Of a stretch of 64,000 bases of DNA, positions 19,681-28,081 are shown piece after piece. The stretch lies in assembly GCA_036679085.1 (NCBI GenBank), contig JAZIGM010000053.1:106869-170868 (forward strand). Reading direction: 5' to 3'. This DNA is from Chloroflexota bacterium (GTDB lineage: Bacteria > Chloroflexota > Anaerolineae > Aggregatilineales > UBA3940). The stretch's first letter is position 1. The number at the start of each line of letters is the position of its first letter. The position numbers were made by a program, and so were the translations under genes. A model generated the notes under the pieces. It ran no database searches. It saw only the letters and a program-made list of their open reading frames with translations, and was not told the DNA's origin.

Positions 19681-20654
19681 CGCCGCCGGGAAACTCGCAA
19701 GGCCGTCCACACACCGAAGAGCAGCGCGGCGACGATCGCCGCCGACAGCCCGACGATCAGCATGGTGCGCGGCTGGCGGACGTCCCCGGCGGAGGCCGCT
19801 TCTTCAACTCCGGCGGCGGCTGCCCCCTCCGCCTCGGCGGTTTCTGCCTCGGGCTCAGCCATCTGCAGCAGCGGTCCGACAGGCTCCTCCATCGTCTCGT
19901 CGGCTACGCCATCCTCCATCTCACCCATATCCGCCTCTGCCTCGCCAGCTTCCGCCGCCGCCATCCCGGCTATGTCCTCCTCGGGCGGCGTGGGCAATGC
20001 CTCGGATGGAGGGGGCATTTCCGCGGGGCCGTGACCTATCCCCAGTTCGGGCGTCGCGGCAGCGCGGGCCGTTTCCTGAGCGGCTGCTGCCGCTTCCTCC
20101 TCGACGGCTTCCGCCGCCTCCTCAATGGGCGCAGCAGCAGGGGCAACCTCAAGCGCCTCGACAGGCTCCTCACCCGCCGCTAGCTCGGCAGCCGCGTCCG
20201 GCTCACCGGCGGGCGCGCGGAGCGCCTCAGCCTCTGGCACTTCGGCTTGCGGCTCGGCGGCGCTGTCAAACGCCTCCATCGCGACAGGAACCTCGCCCAC
20301 CCCGGTGAAGATGTCAGTGGAGAACACGAGCACGCCCACAAAGATCAGCGTGGCGACGAGCGCCGCCCCGGCGGTGGCCCAGGTGGGAAGGCTCGCCAGG
20401 CCAATGCGCTCCCAGAAGCTCTTGCGAGCGGGCCTGCCGTACACCGCCGGATCGAGCGTGAAATTGCGCGGCACGGGCACACGCTCGGCCATCCCCAGCA
20501 GCATTTTGGTAGCCCTGAGCGCCCGCAGCTCCGCCTGTAGCTCGGGATCGCGCGCCAGCCGGTGCAGGAGCTGCGCCTGCTCGTCGGCGTCCAGCTCACC
20601 GTCCAGATAGGCGTTGAGCTGTATCAGGTCTCTTTCATTCAGAGGCGTGCTCAT
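19677..20654 (-). CDS. Anti-sigma factor (two TM segments, Ala/Glu-rich extracytoplasmic loop)
   Basis: Lies downstream of the ECF sigma. N-terminus LNAYLDGELDADEQAQLLHRLARDPELQAELRAL is the usual anti-sigma helix pattern. TM segments near residues 95-120 and at the extreme C-terminus. Confidence 0.75.
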   Translation of the reverse strand: MSTPLNERDLIQLNAYLDGELDADEQAQLLHRLARDPELQAELRALRATKMLLGMAERVPVPRNFTLDPAVYGRPARKSFWERIGLASLPTWATAGAALVATLIFVGVLVFSTDIFTGVGEVPVAMEAFDSAAEPQAEVPEAEALRAPAGEPDAAAELAAGEEPVEALEVAPAAAPIEEAAEAVEEEAAAAAQETARAAATPELGIGHGPAEMPPPSEALPTPPEEDIAGMAAAEAGEAEADMGEMEDGVADETMEEPVGPLLQMAEPEAETAEAEGAAAAGVEEAASAGDVRQPRTMLIVGLSAAIVAALLFGVWTALRVSRRR

Positions 20655-20761
20655 CAGTAATCAGTGTTTCTAGCCCGGGTGAAGCCCACTAATGTACTTG
20701 GTGTGAGTCTACCTCTCCGGCGTGCTGATGGGTCGCACCGGAGGGTTAGGTTTCCCTATTC

Positions 20762-21376
20762 TCAGCCCTCACCTGTTAAACGGTACTCAGCGGGTAAAAG
20801 TTCCCCGAAGCCCTGTAGGCAGTCGCGGAGCTTGCTGCGCGCCCGGCTGAGGCGTGACTTCACCGTGCCGAGCGCAACACCGACGATATCGGCGATCTCG
20901 TCGTAGCTGAACCCTTCGATGTCGCACATCACCGCCACAACGCGCTGATCTTCGGGCAGGTCTTGCAGGCAGCCGATAATGGCCGTCTGGAGGTCCATCC
21001 GCAGGGCGTAACTCTCGGGGTTTTCAACCTCGGTGGTGAAGGCCGTCCCCGGTTCGGGTGACTCATCCTCGACGTACAGCGCCTCAAGCGCCGCCTGAGG
21101 GCGACGTTTGCGGCGGCGCAGCTCGTCATAGCAGGCGTTCGTCACGATGCGCATCAACCATGATTTGAACGACCCGCCGCGAAAGCTGCCGAGCGCCCGG
21201 TACGCAGAGATAAACGCCTCCTGTGTGGCGTCGGCAGCCGAATCCGCCTCGCCCATAATGCGGTAGGCCACATTATAGGCGAGTTCCTGGTAGTGCAGCA
21301 CGAGCGTGTTGTAGGCCTGCACGTCGCCCGCCTGCGCACGTTCGATGAGTCCGGCTTCATCCATCGGTTTCAGCAC
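20762..21376 (-). CDS. ECF (sigma-70 family, group 4) RNA polymerase sigma factor
   Basis: 204 aa with region 2 (YNTLVLHYQELAYNVAYRIMG) and region 4 HTH (YDEIADIVGVALGTVKSRLSRAR). Confidence 0.9.
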   Translation of the reverse strand: MLKPMDEAGLIERAQAGDVQAYNTLVLHYQELAYNVAYRIMGEADSAADATQEAFISAYRALGSFRGGSFKSWLMRIVTNACYDELRRRKRRPQAALEALYVEDESPEPGTAFTTEVENPESYALRMDLQTAIIGCLQDLPEDQRVVAVMCDIEGFSYDEIADIVGVALGTVKSRLSRARSKLRDCLQGFGELLPAEYRLTGEG

Positions 21377-21492
21377 AATCTATGCAGAAAACACGCGCAC
21401 AGAGGCATAACCTTGCCCTCCGGCGCACATTGTAGCAGAAAACCCGTCAGGCGAACACCGACGAAAGTCGGAGGGGGTGGAACGCTTGCAGC

Positions 21493-21586
21493 GAACCCCA
21501 CCCAACCTCGCTTGCTCGGTTGACCTCCCCCTTGCAAGGGGGAGGTGGCGGCGCTCGCTTGCGCGAACCCCGCCGGAGGGGGTTCC
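21493..21586 (+). repeat. ~95-nt composite repeat centred on CCTCCCCCTTGCAAGGGGGAGG (21524-21545)
   Basis: Colinear with 46821-46927: CCCACCCAACC ... CTCGGTTGACCTCCCCCTTGCAAGGGGGAGGTG ... CCGGAGGGGGTTCC. Confidence 0.85.
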
Positions 21587-21587
21587 C

Positions 21588-21613
21588 GGAGCCGCGACGT
21601 TTATTCGCGGCGG
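21588..21613. repeat. GGAGCCGCGACGTTTATTCGCGGCGG hairpin
   Basis: Member of the GCCGCGAA/TTCGCGGC family. Confidence 0.85.
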
Positions 21614-21637
21614 GTCTTTAACAAACCTCACCCCGTG

Positions 21638-21658
21638 CAGTTGGCTGCGCCAACTGCC
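21638..21658. repeat. GCAGTTGGCTGCGCCAACTGC hairpin
   Basis: Same unit at 31451-31470 and 42783-42803. Preceded by AACCTCACCCC, as at 31417 and 38079. Confidence 0.8.
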
Positions 21659-21686
21659 AGGCAGAAACGGCTGAGCCTGAGCATCG

Positions 21687-21765
21687 CAGGGAGAGGGTGT
21701 TATGTGCGCGGCTCGGCCTTCCAACAATCACGGTAGGGGCAGGTCTGAGACCTGCCCCTACAGGC
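21687..21765 (+). repeat. Composite repeat (GGGTGTTATGTGCG module plus GTAGGGGCAGGTCTGAGACCTGCCCCTAC)
   Basis: Third copy of the 8503/27881 element. The hairpin carries a compensated G-to-A / C-to-T pair. Confidence 0.8.
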
Positions 21766-21830
21766 GGGGCTTTAAACCCCACCTCCCGTGCATCTGGCAC
21801 CGCAGGGAGGGGGTGACGGGCTATCGACCC

Positions 21831-21856
21831 GGAGCCGCGAAGTTTATTCGCGGCGA
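21831..21856. repeat. GGAGCCGCGAAGTTTATTCGCGGCGA hairpin
   Basis: Member of the family; its 3' arm is unit 1 of the tandem array that follows. Confidence 0.85.
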
Positions 21857-21935
21857 CTCAATGATCAAACCTCGCGGCGACTCAATAACCAAAACTCGCG
21901 GCGGTTTGATCATCAATTCTCGCGGCTTTTCATCT
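21848..21935 (+). repeat. 24-nt tandem repeat, about 3.6 units (TCGCGGCG-N16)
   Basis: Units at 21848, 21872, 21896 and 21920. Unit 3 (GGTTTGATCAT) is the reverse complement of ATGATCAAACC in unit 1. Confidence 0.8.
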
Positions 21936-21945
21936 TACCCGCTTA

Positions 21946-21974
21946 TTGGTGGCATACCCCAACCGGGGTATAAT
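21946..21974 (+). promoter_or_regulatory. Candidate sigma-70-type promoter of tRNA-Leu
   Basis: TTGGTG (21946-51), 17 nt, TATAAT (21969-74). The tRNA 5' end lies 10 nt downstream. Confidence 0.55.
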
Positions 21975-21983
21975 ACCCGCGTC

Positions 21984-22066
21984 GCCGGAGTGGCGGAATG
22001 GCAGACGCGGCGCACTCAAAATGCGTTGCCCTCGCGGGCGTGTGGGTTCGACTCCCACCTCCGGCA
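21984..22066 (+). tRNA. tRNA-Leu(CAA): tRNA-Leu, anticodon CAA (long variable arm, CCA not encoded)
   Basis: Acceptor GCCGGAG/CTCCGGC+A, anticodon loop CUCAAAA, variable arm TGCCCTCGCGGGCGT, T-arm GTGGG-TTCGACT-CCCAC. Confidence 0.93.
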
Positions 22067-22071
22067 TAACA

Positions 22072-22109
22072 GGCTCGGATCGGTTACAATACCGACCGGG
22101 CTGTTTTTT
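22072..22109 (+). terminator. Intrinsic terminator after tRNA-Leu
   Basis: GGCTCGGATCGGT-TACAAT-ACCGACCGGGCT stem (one bulge) followed by GTTTTTTA. Confidence 0.75.
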
Positions 22110-22143
22110 ATCCCGCCGTTGTCATGAACCTGTATCGTCGAGG

Positions 22144-22524
22144 GTGCAAGTGTCCCGCGCAATTCTGATCCTGCTCGCTGGTCTGGTGCTCGGCGCCGCG
22201 CTCGGTGCGGGGGCCGGCTGGCTCTTCCCGCTCGCCGATGTGCGCGTCGGGCTGAGCGAGCTTCATCCCGAATACACCAACGACGCCGTCGTCATGATCG
22301 GCCAGGCTTACGCCGCCAACGGCGACTGGGAGCTTGTGCTGGCGCGCTTCGAGCAGCTCGGCATTGACGACCCCGCCACCTTCGTTGCCAACCTCACCGA
22401 GCGCTACATCGCCGAGGGGCGCAGCCCGGCGGACATCCGCGTGCTGGCGCGGCTGGCCGCGCAGTTCGGGCGCACCACGCCCGCCATGCAGCCTTACCTG
22501 CCGCCAGCGGAGCCTGCCTCATGA
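22144..22524 (+). CDS. Membrane-anchored protein, unknown function (paralogous N-terminal region with the next gene)
   Basis: GTG 22144 or 22150 behind CGAGG. The upstream part of track ORF 21946 overlaps the tRNA and is discarded. Sequence has a TM helix then ...AVVMIGQAYAANGDWELVLARFEQL. Confidence 0.6.
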   Translation: MQVSRAILILLAGLVLGAALGAGAGWLFPLADVRVGLSELHPEYTNDAVVMIGQAYAANGDWELVLARFEQLGIDDPATFVANLTERYIAEGRSPADIRVLARLAAQFGRTTPAMQPYLPPAEPAS

Positions 22525-23402
22525 GCGCGATGGCCCGCCGCCCCCGCCGCTTTCCGTGGCTGGCCTTCCTTGCGGGCGTGCTGCTCGGCGTGGTCGCCGG
22601 GCTGGTTTACGCCTGGTTCATCGACCCGGTGAGGTACACCGACGTCGGGCCGAACATGCTGGACGACGCCAGCCGCCGCGAGTACCTCGCCCTCATCGCG
22701 GATGCCTACCAGCATGACGGCGACCTCGCCCGTGCGGAACGACGGCTGGCGCGGATGGAACTGGACGACATGAGCGCCTTTGCTGCCGAAGAAGCCGATG
22801 CGGCGCTGCTTGCAGGGGAGGATCCCGCACGGGTACGCTCGCTGACTACGCTGGCCGAAGCGCTCGGCGGCGCGCCGCGGGCCGCCAGCGTGTTCTCCGG
22901 CACGCCCGTCCCAACCTCTGTGCCGGGCGCGAGCCTGCCCCCGACCGAGCCGCCGGAGCCGACGCCGGAGGCCAGCCCGACGCCCGGCATCACGCCGACG
23001 CCGACGCTTGTCACGCCCTCTCCCACGCCGGACCTGTTCCCGCGGACGGAGATGAGCCTCAGCGCGCGCGAGATCGTCTGCGAGGAGGGCGCGGCTGCCG
23101 GGCGCATTGAGGTCATGGTGCTTGACGGCGATGGCGCAGGCATCCCCGGCGTCGAGGTGCAGGTCGTATGGGGCGGCGGACAGGAGTCGTTCTTCACCGG
23201 GCTGAAGCCGGAGCGCGGCCTGGGCTATGCCGACTACCAGATGCAGCCCGGCGAAACGTACTCGCTGACGCTCGTCGGGCGCAGCGATCCGGTCGCAGGG
23301 CTGAGTGCGGGCGTCTGCACGACCGACAGCGGCGCGGAGTCCGTGCCGGGCTACCGGCTGACCTTCACCCCCCGAACCGCAGGCGCGGGCGAGGGGTTCT
23401 AA
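22521..23402 (+). CDS. Membrane-anchored protein, unknown function, Pro/Thr linker plus C-terminal beta-rich domain
   Basis: ATGA overlap with the previous gene. TM helix, then ...REYLALIADAYQHDGDLARAERRLARM (same pattern as the upstream gene), a PTxxP linker, and GRIEVMVLDGDGAGIPGVEVQVVWGGG. Confidence 0.65.
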   Translation: MSAMARRPRRFPWLAFLAGVLLGVVAGLVYAWFIDPVRYTDVGPNMLDDASRREYLALIADAYQHDGDLARAERRLARMELDDMSAFAAEEADAALLAGEDPARVRSLTTLAEALGGAPRAASVFSGTPVPTSVPGASLPPTEPPEPTPEASPTPGITPTPTLVTPSPTPDLFPRTEMSLSAREIVCEEGAAAGRIEVMVLDGDGAGIPGVEVQVVWGGGQESFFTGLKPERGLGYADYQMQPGETYSLTLVGRSDPVAGLSAGVCTTDSGAESVPGYRLTFTPRTAGAGEGF

Positions 23403-23463
23403 CATCAAGCGTTGCGGCGGCAACGGCTTCGTCTTTGAAACACATCATGATACACTGCTGCAT

Positions 23464-24279
23464 ATGAGCACTCACACCAACTCCAACATCATCTCCATTC
23501 TTCCCGGCGCTGAGCCCTTCTTCTACCCCGGCAACCGGATCGGCTGCCTGACCCTTCACGGCATGACGGGCACGCCGTTCGAGGTGCGCTGGCTGGGCCA
23601 GCACCTCAACCAGCAGGGCTGGACGGTCTACGGGCCGCGCCTTGCCGGGCACGGCACCACCCCCGATGACCTCAAGCACGTCCACTGGCGCGAGTGGGTG
23701 GCGGATGTGATGGCCGGCTACGAACTGCTGCGCCAGCACTGTGATCAGATTTTCGTGATGGGCCTCTCGATGGGCGGTGCGCTTGCGCTGATGCTTGCCT
23801 CGCAGGTGCCGGTGGCGGGCGTCGTCACCCTGTCTGCCGTGTACGATATGCCCATCCTCCAGCACCCGCTGCTGCCGATCATGAGCAGGCTGGTCGACCG
23901 CGTCGCCAAGGCGCGCGATCCGGAGGCACGGCAGAAGTTCCTTGAGCACGTCCGCGCCGAGCAGATCAAGCGGGGTGAGGAACCGATTCCGCGCCCGGGC
24001 TATGACGTGTGGGTGCTGCCCGCCATGCGCCAGATGAGGGATATGCTGCGCGTGCTGCACGAGCGCCTGCACCTCGTGGTCGCGCCCGCCCTGCTCGTCC
24101 ACTCGAAGGCCGACCAAACCGTCACGTTCGACAACCTCGACAAGATCTACAATAGCATCGGCAGCACCGATAAGCGCTGCCTCGTGCTGGAGCGGAGCGG
24201 GCATGTCTGCACCGAGGACATCGAGTACCCGCAGGTCTTTGAGGCCGTGACCGAGTTTGTGCGGGCGGTAGTAAGCTGA
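23464..24279 (+). CDS. Alpha/beta hydrolase (carboxylesterase / lysophospholipase-like)
   Basis: 271 aa with GLSMGG nucleophile elbow, HGMTGTP oxyanion region and C-terminal ...SGHV. Confidence 0.85.
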   Translation: MSTHTNSNIISILPGAEPFFYPGNRIGCLTLHGMTGTPFEVRWLGQHLNQQGWTVYGPRLAGHGTTPDDLKHVHWREWVADVMAGYELLRQHCDQIFVMGLSMGGALALMLASQVPVAGVVTLSAVYDMPILQHPLLPIMSRLVDRVAKARDPEARQKFLEHVRAEQIKRGEEPIPRPGYDVWVLPAMRQMRDMLRVLHERLHLVVAPALLVHSKADQTVTFDNLDKIYNSIGSTDKRCLVLERSGHVCTEDIEYPQVFEAVTEFVRAVVS

Positions 24280-25490
24280 TGCTGGGCATGCTGAGCCGCA
24301 ACAACCGCCTGTTGATGCTGGCCCTGTTCGTCTGGGCGCTCGGCGAGGGGCTGTGGTACATCAACTTCCGGCAGTTGTACCTCGTCCAGCTTGGAGCGAC
24401 GGAGGCGCAGGTCGGGCTGGCGCTCGCCATCGAGTTGGCCGTGCGCGCGCTGCTGCCCATTCCGGCGGGCTACCTCGCTGACCGCATCGGCCCGCACCGC
24501 GTGATGGTCGCGTCGTGGTTCCTGGGCGTGCTCGGCACGGTGATGTGCGCGCTGGCGACGACGTGGCAGGGTTTCATACCGGGGCTTGTCGTGTATGGCA
24601 TCTCGGCCTTTGCGATGCCGTCGCTCAGCGCCTACGCCATCCAGAACATGCCCCCCGGCAGCGCCCGCGCCGGGCAGACGGACCGCGTGCTCGCCGCCGT
24701 GTTCGCCGCCTACACCGCCGGGCTGATCGTCTCGCCCGCGCTGGGTGGGCTGGTCGCCGAAAGCTGGGGCATCCGCACCGGTCTGTGGATCTCAACGGGG
24801 GTGTTCGCGCTCTCGACCGCCATCGTCCTGCTCACGACCGAGGTGGAGGTCACCGCGCCGCCGACTTCCGAGCGCCCTGCCGACCTGCTGCGCAACCGCC
24901 GCTTCCAGCGGCTCAGCCTGTACTACGCGCTGATTTTCGTGGCGATGTTCACCGGCTACCAGCTTCTGCCCAACTTCCTGCAGGAGGCGCGCGGTCTGAC
25001 GCTGGGGTACATCGGCCTGCTGTTCTCGATTGACGCCCTGGGGACCGTCGTGCTGAACACCGTCGCCAGCCGCCTCAACCCGCGCTGGAGCCTGGCCGCG
25101 GCGCTCGGCGTGTACACGCTGGCGCTGCTCGGCATCTGGCTGTTCGCACAGCCCGCGCTGCTGGCAGTGACCTTCTTCGGCGTGGGGGCGCTGGCCGTCG
25201 TGCGGACGCTGGCCCTCGCCCGCGCGGCGGATGTCGTGTCAGCACGCAACCAGGGGCTAGCCTTTGGCATCGTCGAGACGGCCTACGCCGTCGCCGCTGC
25301 GATTGCCGCCGCAGCCGCCGGGCAGCTTTACGAGCTGACGCCGGCCCATGACCTGCCACTCGTCGTGGCGCTGGTGGCGCTGCCCGTGCTGATCGGCCTG
25401 TGGTTTGTGGTGCGCAGGCAGATCCCCGCGCTCGCCCTGCCCGATGAGCCTCACGCTCTCGCCGCCGCGCCGGAGCAGGCGGGCAGATAG
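24279..25490 (+). CDS. MFS transporter
   Basis: 403 aa, about 12 TM segments, GYLADRIGPHRVM loop 2-3 motif. Its start overlaps the previous stop (TGATG). Confidence 0.85.
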   Translation: MLGMLSRNNRLLMLALFVWALGEGLWYINFRQLYLVQLGATEAQVGLALAIELAVRALLPIPAGYLADRIGPHRVMVASWFLGVLGTVMCALATTWQGFIPGLVVYGISAFAMPSLSAYAIQNMPPGSARAGQTDRVLAAVFAAYTAGLIVSPALGGLVAESWGIRTGLWISTGVFALSTAIVLLTTEVEVTAPPTSERPADLLRNRRFQRLSLYYALIFVAMFTGYQLLPNFLQEARGLTLGYIGLLFSIDALGTVVLNTVASRLNPRWSLAAALGVYTLALLGIWLFAQPALLAVTFFGVGALAVVRTLALARAADVVSARNQGLAFGIVETAYAVAAAIAAAAAGQLYELTPAHDLPLVVALVALPVLIGLWFVVRRQIPALALPDEPHALAAAPEQAGR

Positions 25491-25550
25491 CAGGGTAAGG
25501 CCGGGGCTGTGGCTATTTAACCCACCGCCAGGAGAAGGAGACAAAGCGCT

Positions 25551-26513
25551 ATGGGAGTTCTGGAAACCGGCTGGGGTCTTGACGTCATCCTGTGGTTCCA
25601 GTCGTGGCGCACGCCGCTGGTCACATCCCTTGCGATGGTATTTCATTACCTGGGCATCACCGAGTTCTACATCCTCGTGCTGCCCTTCGTGTACTGGAGC
25701 CTCGACGAGAAGCTCGGGCGGCGGCTCGGCGTGCTGATCGCGCTCACCGCCTGGGTCGTCGGCTGGGCGAAGTCGCTGTTTGGCCGCCCGCGCCCCTACT
25801 TCATCTCATCTGACGTGTCCAACATGGTCGAGGAGACCTCCTACGGCCTGCCGAGCGGGCACGCTCAGGGCGCAACGAGCCTCGCGGGCTTTGCCGCGTG
25901 GCACGCGCGGCGCGCCTGGGTGACGGTCGCCGCCGTGCTCTACATCCTGCTGATGGCCGCCTCCCGCATGGTGCTAGGCGTGCACTACCCGCAGGATGTC
26001 GCGTCCGGCATTCTCATTGCGCTGGTGCTGCTGGCGCTGTACGCCTGGCTGGAGCCACGCATCGCGGACTGGCTGGCGGGGCTGTCGCTTGGCTCGCACC
26101 TCGCGCTGATCGTCGGCATCACCGCACTGATGATCATCATCCACCCGGTGCTGTTCGAGGCGACCTCGCCGCAGTGGCTCAGCCCGCCCGTGCCGCCGCA
26201 GGACCTTATTGAGTCGGCGCTCTCGACCAGCGCGCTCTTCTTCGGCATGACGCTCGGCTTTGCGCTCGACTGGCACTACCAGCGCTTCAGCGCGGGCGGT
26301 GACTGGACGAAGCGCCTGCTGCGCTTCCTGATCGGCTTTGTCGGGGTGGGCGTGCTTGAGTTCGGGCTGGGCGCGGTGCTCCCGGAGAACGCCGTGTTCG
26401 CCTTCGTGAGCTACGCGCTCATCGGCCTGTGGGTCGGCGTCGGCGCGCCGTGGCTGTTCGTCGTCACCCGGCTGGCCTCCGCACAGATTAACGCTACCAG
26501 GCAGCCCGCATGA
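25551..26513 (+). CDS. PAP2-family (type 2 phosphatidic acid / undecaprenyl-PP-like) phosphatase with extra C-terminal TM region
   Basis: KSLFGRPRP, PSGH and SRMVLGVHYPQDV are the three PAP2 signature motifs. Confidence 0.9.
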   Translation: MGVLETGWGLDVILWFQSWRTPLVTSLAMVFHYLGITEFYILVLPFVYWSLDEKLGRRLGVLIALTAWVVGWAKSLFGRPRPYFISSDVSNMVEETSYGLPSGHAQGATSLAGFAAWHARRAWVTVAAVLYILLMAASRMVLGVHYPQDVASGILIALVLLALYAWLEPRIADWLAGLSLGSHLALIVGITALMIIIHPVLFEATSPQWLSPPVPPQDLIESALSTSALFFGMTLGFALDWHYQRFSAGGDWTKRLLRFLIGFVGVGVLEFGLGAVLPENAVFAFVSYALIGLWVGVGAPWLFVVTRLASAQINATRQPA

Positions 26514-27856
26514 TGCACCCCCGCGCCGCCCGCGTCTTGCTCGCGCTCGTCGTCCTCGTCTTCCTCGTGGTAGGCACGCTGTATGCCGTCTACACCCCGG
26601 CATGGCAGGCCCCGGATGAGCCCGCGCACTACAACTACGTCGCGCAGATCGCGGGCGGCGGGTGTTGTCCGGTCATCGCGCCCGGCGACTGGGACACCGC
26701 CCTCATCAATGAGGTCGCCTCGCGTGAGGAGCCGCCGCCCGCCCGCCTCTCCAGGCTGGAGTACGAGGACCATCAGCCGCCGCTCTACTACCTGCTCGCC
26801 ACGCCCGTCTTCGCGCTGACGGGCGGCAGCCTGCTCGCGCTGCGGCTGGTGTCCGTTGTACTGGGCGCGGGCGTCGTGGTGATGGCCTACCTCGTCGCGG
26901 CGCGGCTGCTCGGATCGCCGCCGCTGGCACTGGCCGCCGCCGTGTTCGTCGCCTTCATCCCGCAGCACGTCGCCATCCTGTCGAGCGTGAACAACGACGC
27001 CCTGGCGGAACTGGTGCTCGGCGCGCTGCTGGTGCTGGCACTCGGCTATCTCGGCGCGGGCGAGCCCGCCCGCAGGCCGCACCCGGCGCTGCTCGGGCTG
27101 CTGGCGGGGCTGGCCTTCCTCACCAAGCTGACAGTCTACGGCCCGGCGGTGCTGGTCGTCGCGCTGGCAATTGCCTTCCGCGCCGCCCACGAACGCCGCT
27201 CGGCGCGCTGGTTCGCCGGGCAGGCAGCCTGGGCGGGCGGGATTGCAGTCGCGCTTGGCGCGCTGTGGTGGGGCCGGAACGTCGCCGTGTACGGCTGGCC
27301 GGACCTGTTCGCGCAGACTGCGCACGAGGCGGCGGTTGTGGGGCAGCTTCGCACCGCTGACCTCATCGCGGAGATCGGCGCGGGCGCGTACGCACAGCGC
27401 CTGCTCAGCACCACCTTCCACAGCTTCTTCGGGCAGTTCGGCTGGATGGCCGTGCCGATGCCGCCGCGCATCTACTGGCTGATCGGCGCGTTCCTGCTGG
27501 AGCTCGCCACCGGGCTGGCCCTGCTCATCGCCACCCGGCGTGGTGCGCCGCCGCTGACCCGCACCACGCGCGCCGGGCTGTGGGTGCTCGCCGCACTCGT
27601 TGGGCTGGCTGTCGTGCAGTTCGGCTACTACAACCTGACCTTCGTGCAGTTTCAGGGTCGCTACCTGTACCCCGCACTGATCCCGCTGGGGCTGACGGCT
27701 GCCGCCGGGCTGTGGGGCTGGGCGCGGTTCGTTGCGCGCTTCCTCCCCGCTCGCTGGCACGGTGCGCTGGCGTGGCTGCCGCTCGTGGTGATGGGCTGGC
27801 TGCCGCTGCTGGCCGTCTACGCGCTCTTCTGGATCCTCGTGCCCAACCTGGGGTGA
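26510..27856 (+). CDS. ArnT/PMT-like GT-C membrane glycosyltransferase
   Basis: 448 aa, polytopic. First loop PDEPAHYNYV...; PPLYYLLATP. ATGA overlap with the PAP2 gene. Confidence 0.75.
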   Translation: MMHPRAARVLLALVVLVFLVVGTLYAVYTPAWQAPDEPAHYNYVAQIAGGGCCPVIAPGDWDTALINEVASREEPPPARLSRLEYEDHQPPLYYLLATPVFALTGGSLLALRLVSVVLGAGVVVMAYLVAARLLGSPPLALAAAVFVAFIPQHVAILSSVNNDALAELVLGALLVLALGYLGAGEPARRPHPALLGLLAGLAFLTKLTVYGPAVLVVALAIAFRAAHERRSARWFAGQAAWAGGIAVALGALWWGRNVAVYGWPDLFAQTAHEAAVVGQLRTADLIAEIGAGAYAQRLLSTTFHSFFGQFGWMAVPMPPRIYWLIGAFLLELATGLALLIATRRGAPPLTRTTRAGLWVLAALVGLAVVQFGYYNLTFVQFQGRYLYPALIPLGLTAAAGLWGWARFVARFLPARWHGALAWLPLVVMGWLPLLAVYALFWILVPNLG

Positions 27857-27880
27857 CGCTCTGCGGGGGTGGGGTTCCTC

Positions 27881-28010
27881 GCAGCTCCCGATGCGACGGC
27901 CCGTAGGGGCGGGTCTGAGACCCGCCCCTACCGCAATTTCCGTAAAGCCACGGTTCATGGGGCGCGTGTCTCGCACATAAAATCCCCTCCCTGCGTTGCG
28001 AGAGTGGGGT
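27881..28010 (-). repeat. Composite ~130-nt repeat, inverted copy of 8503-8630
   Basis: Contains GTAGGGGCGGGTCTGAGACCCGCCCCTAC (27903-27931) and CGTGTCTCGCACATAAAATCCCCTCCC, the reverse complement of the GGGG-TTATGTGCGAGACACG module. Confidence 0.85.
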
Positions 28011-28081
28011 TACCTTAACTCATCAGCGATGCGGTAAGATGGAGACAGACCTCATCCCAGTGAAGGAGAACCACCTGCCGC

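Noticed and set aside
18559-19710. 383-aa minus-strand ORF
   Set aside because: Only its first ~70 codons (zinc ribbon plus Nudix start) look coding. The rest is antisense to the SDR gene. Reported instead as a truncated pseudogene.
21946-22143. N-terminal extension of track ORF 21946-22524
   Set aside because: It overlaps the tRNA-Leu gene, its promoter and its terminator. The CDS was trimmed to GTG 22144/22150.
26411-27976. 521-aa minus-strand ORF
   Set aside because: Antisense to the GT-C membrane protein gene. Its composition (R, Q, E, G, P) is non-protein-like, and its 5' end runs through a repeat element.
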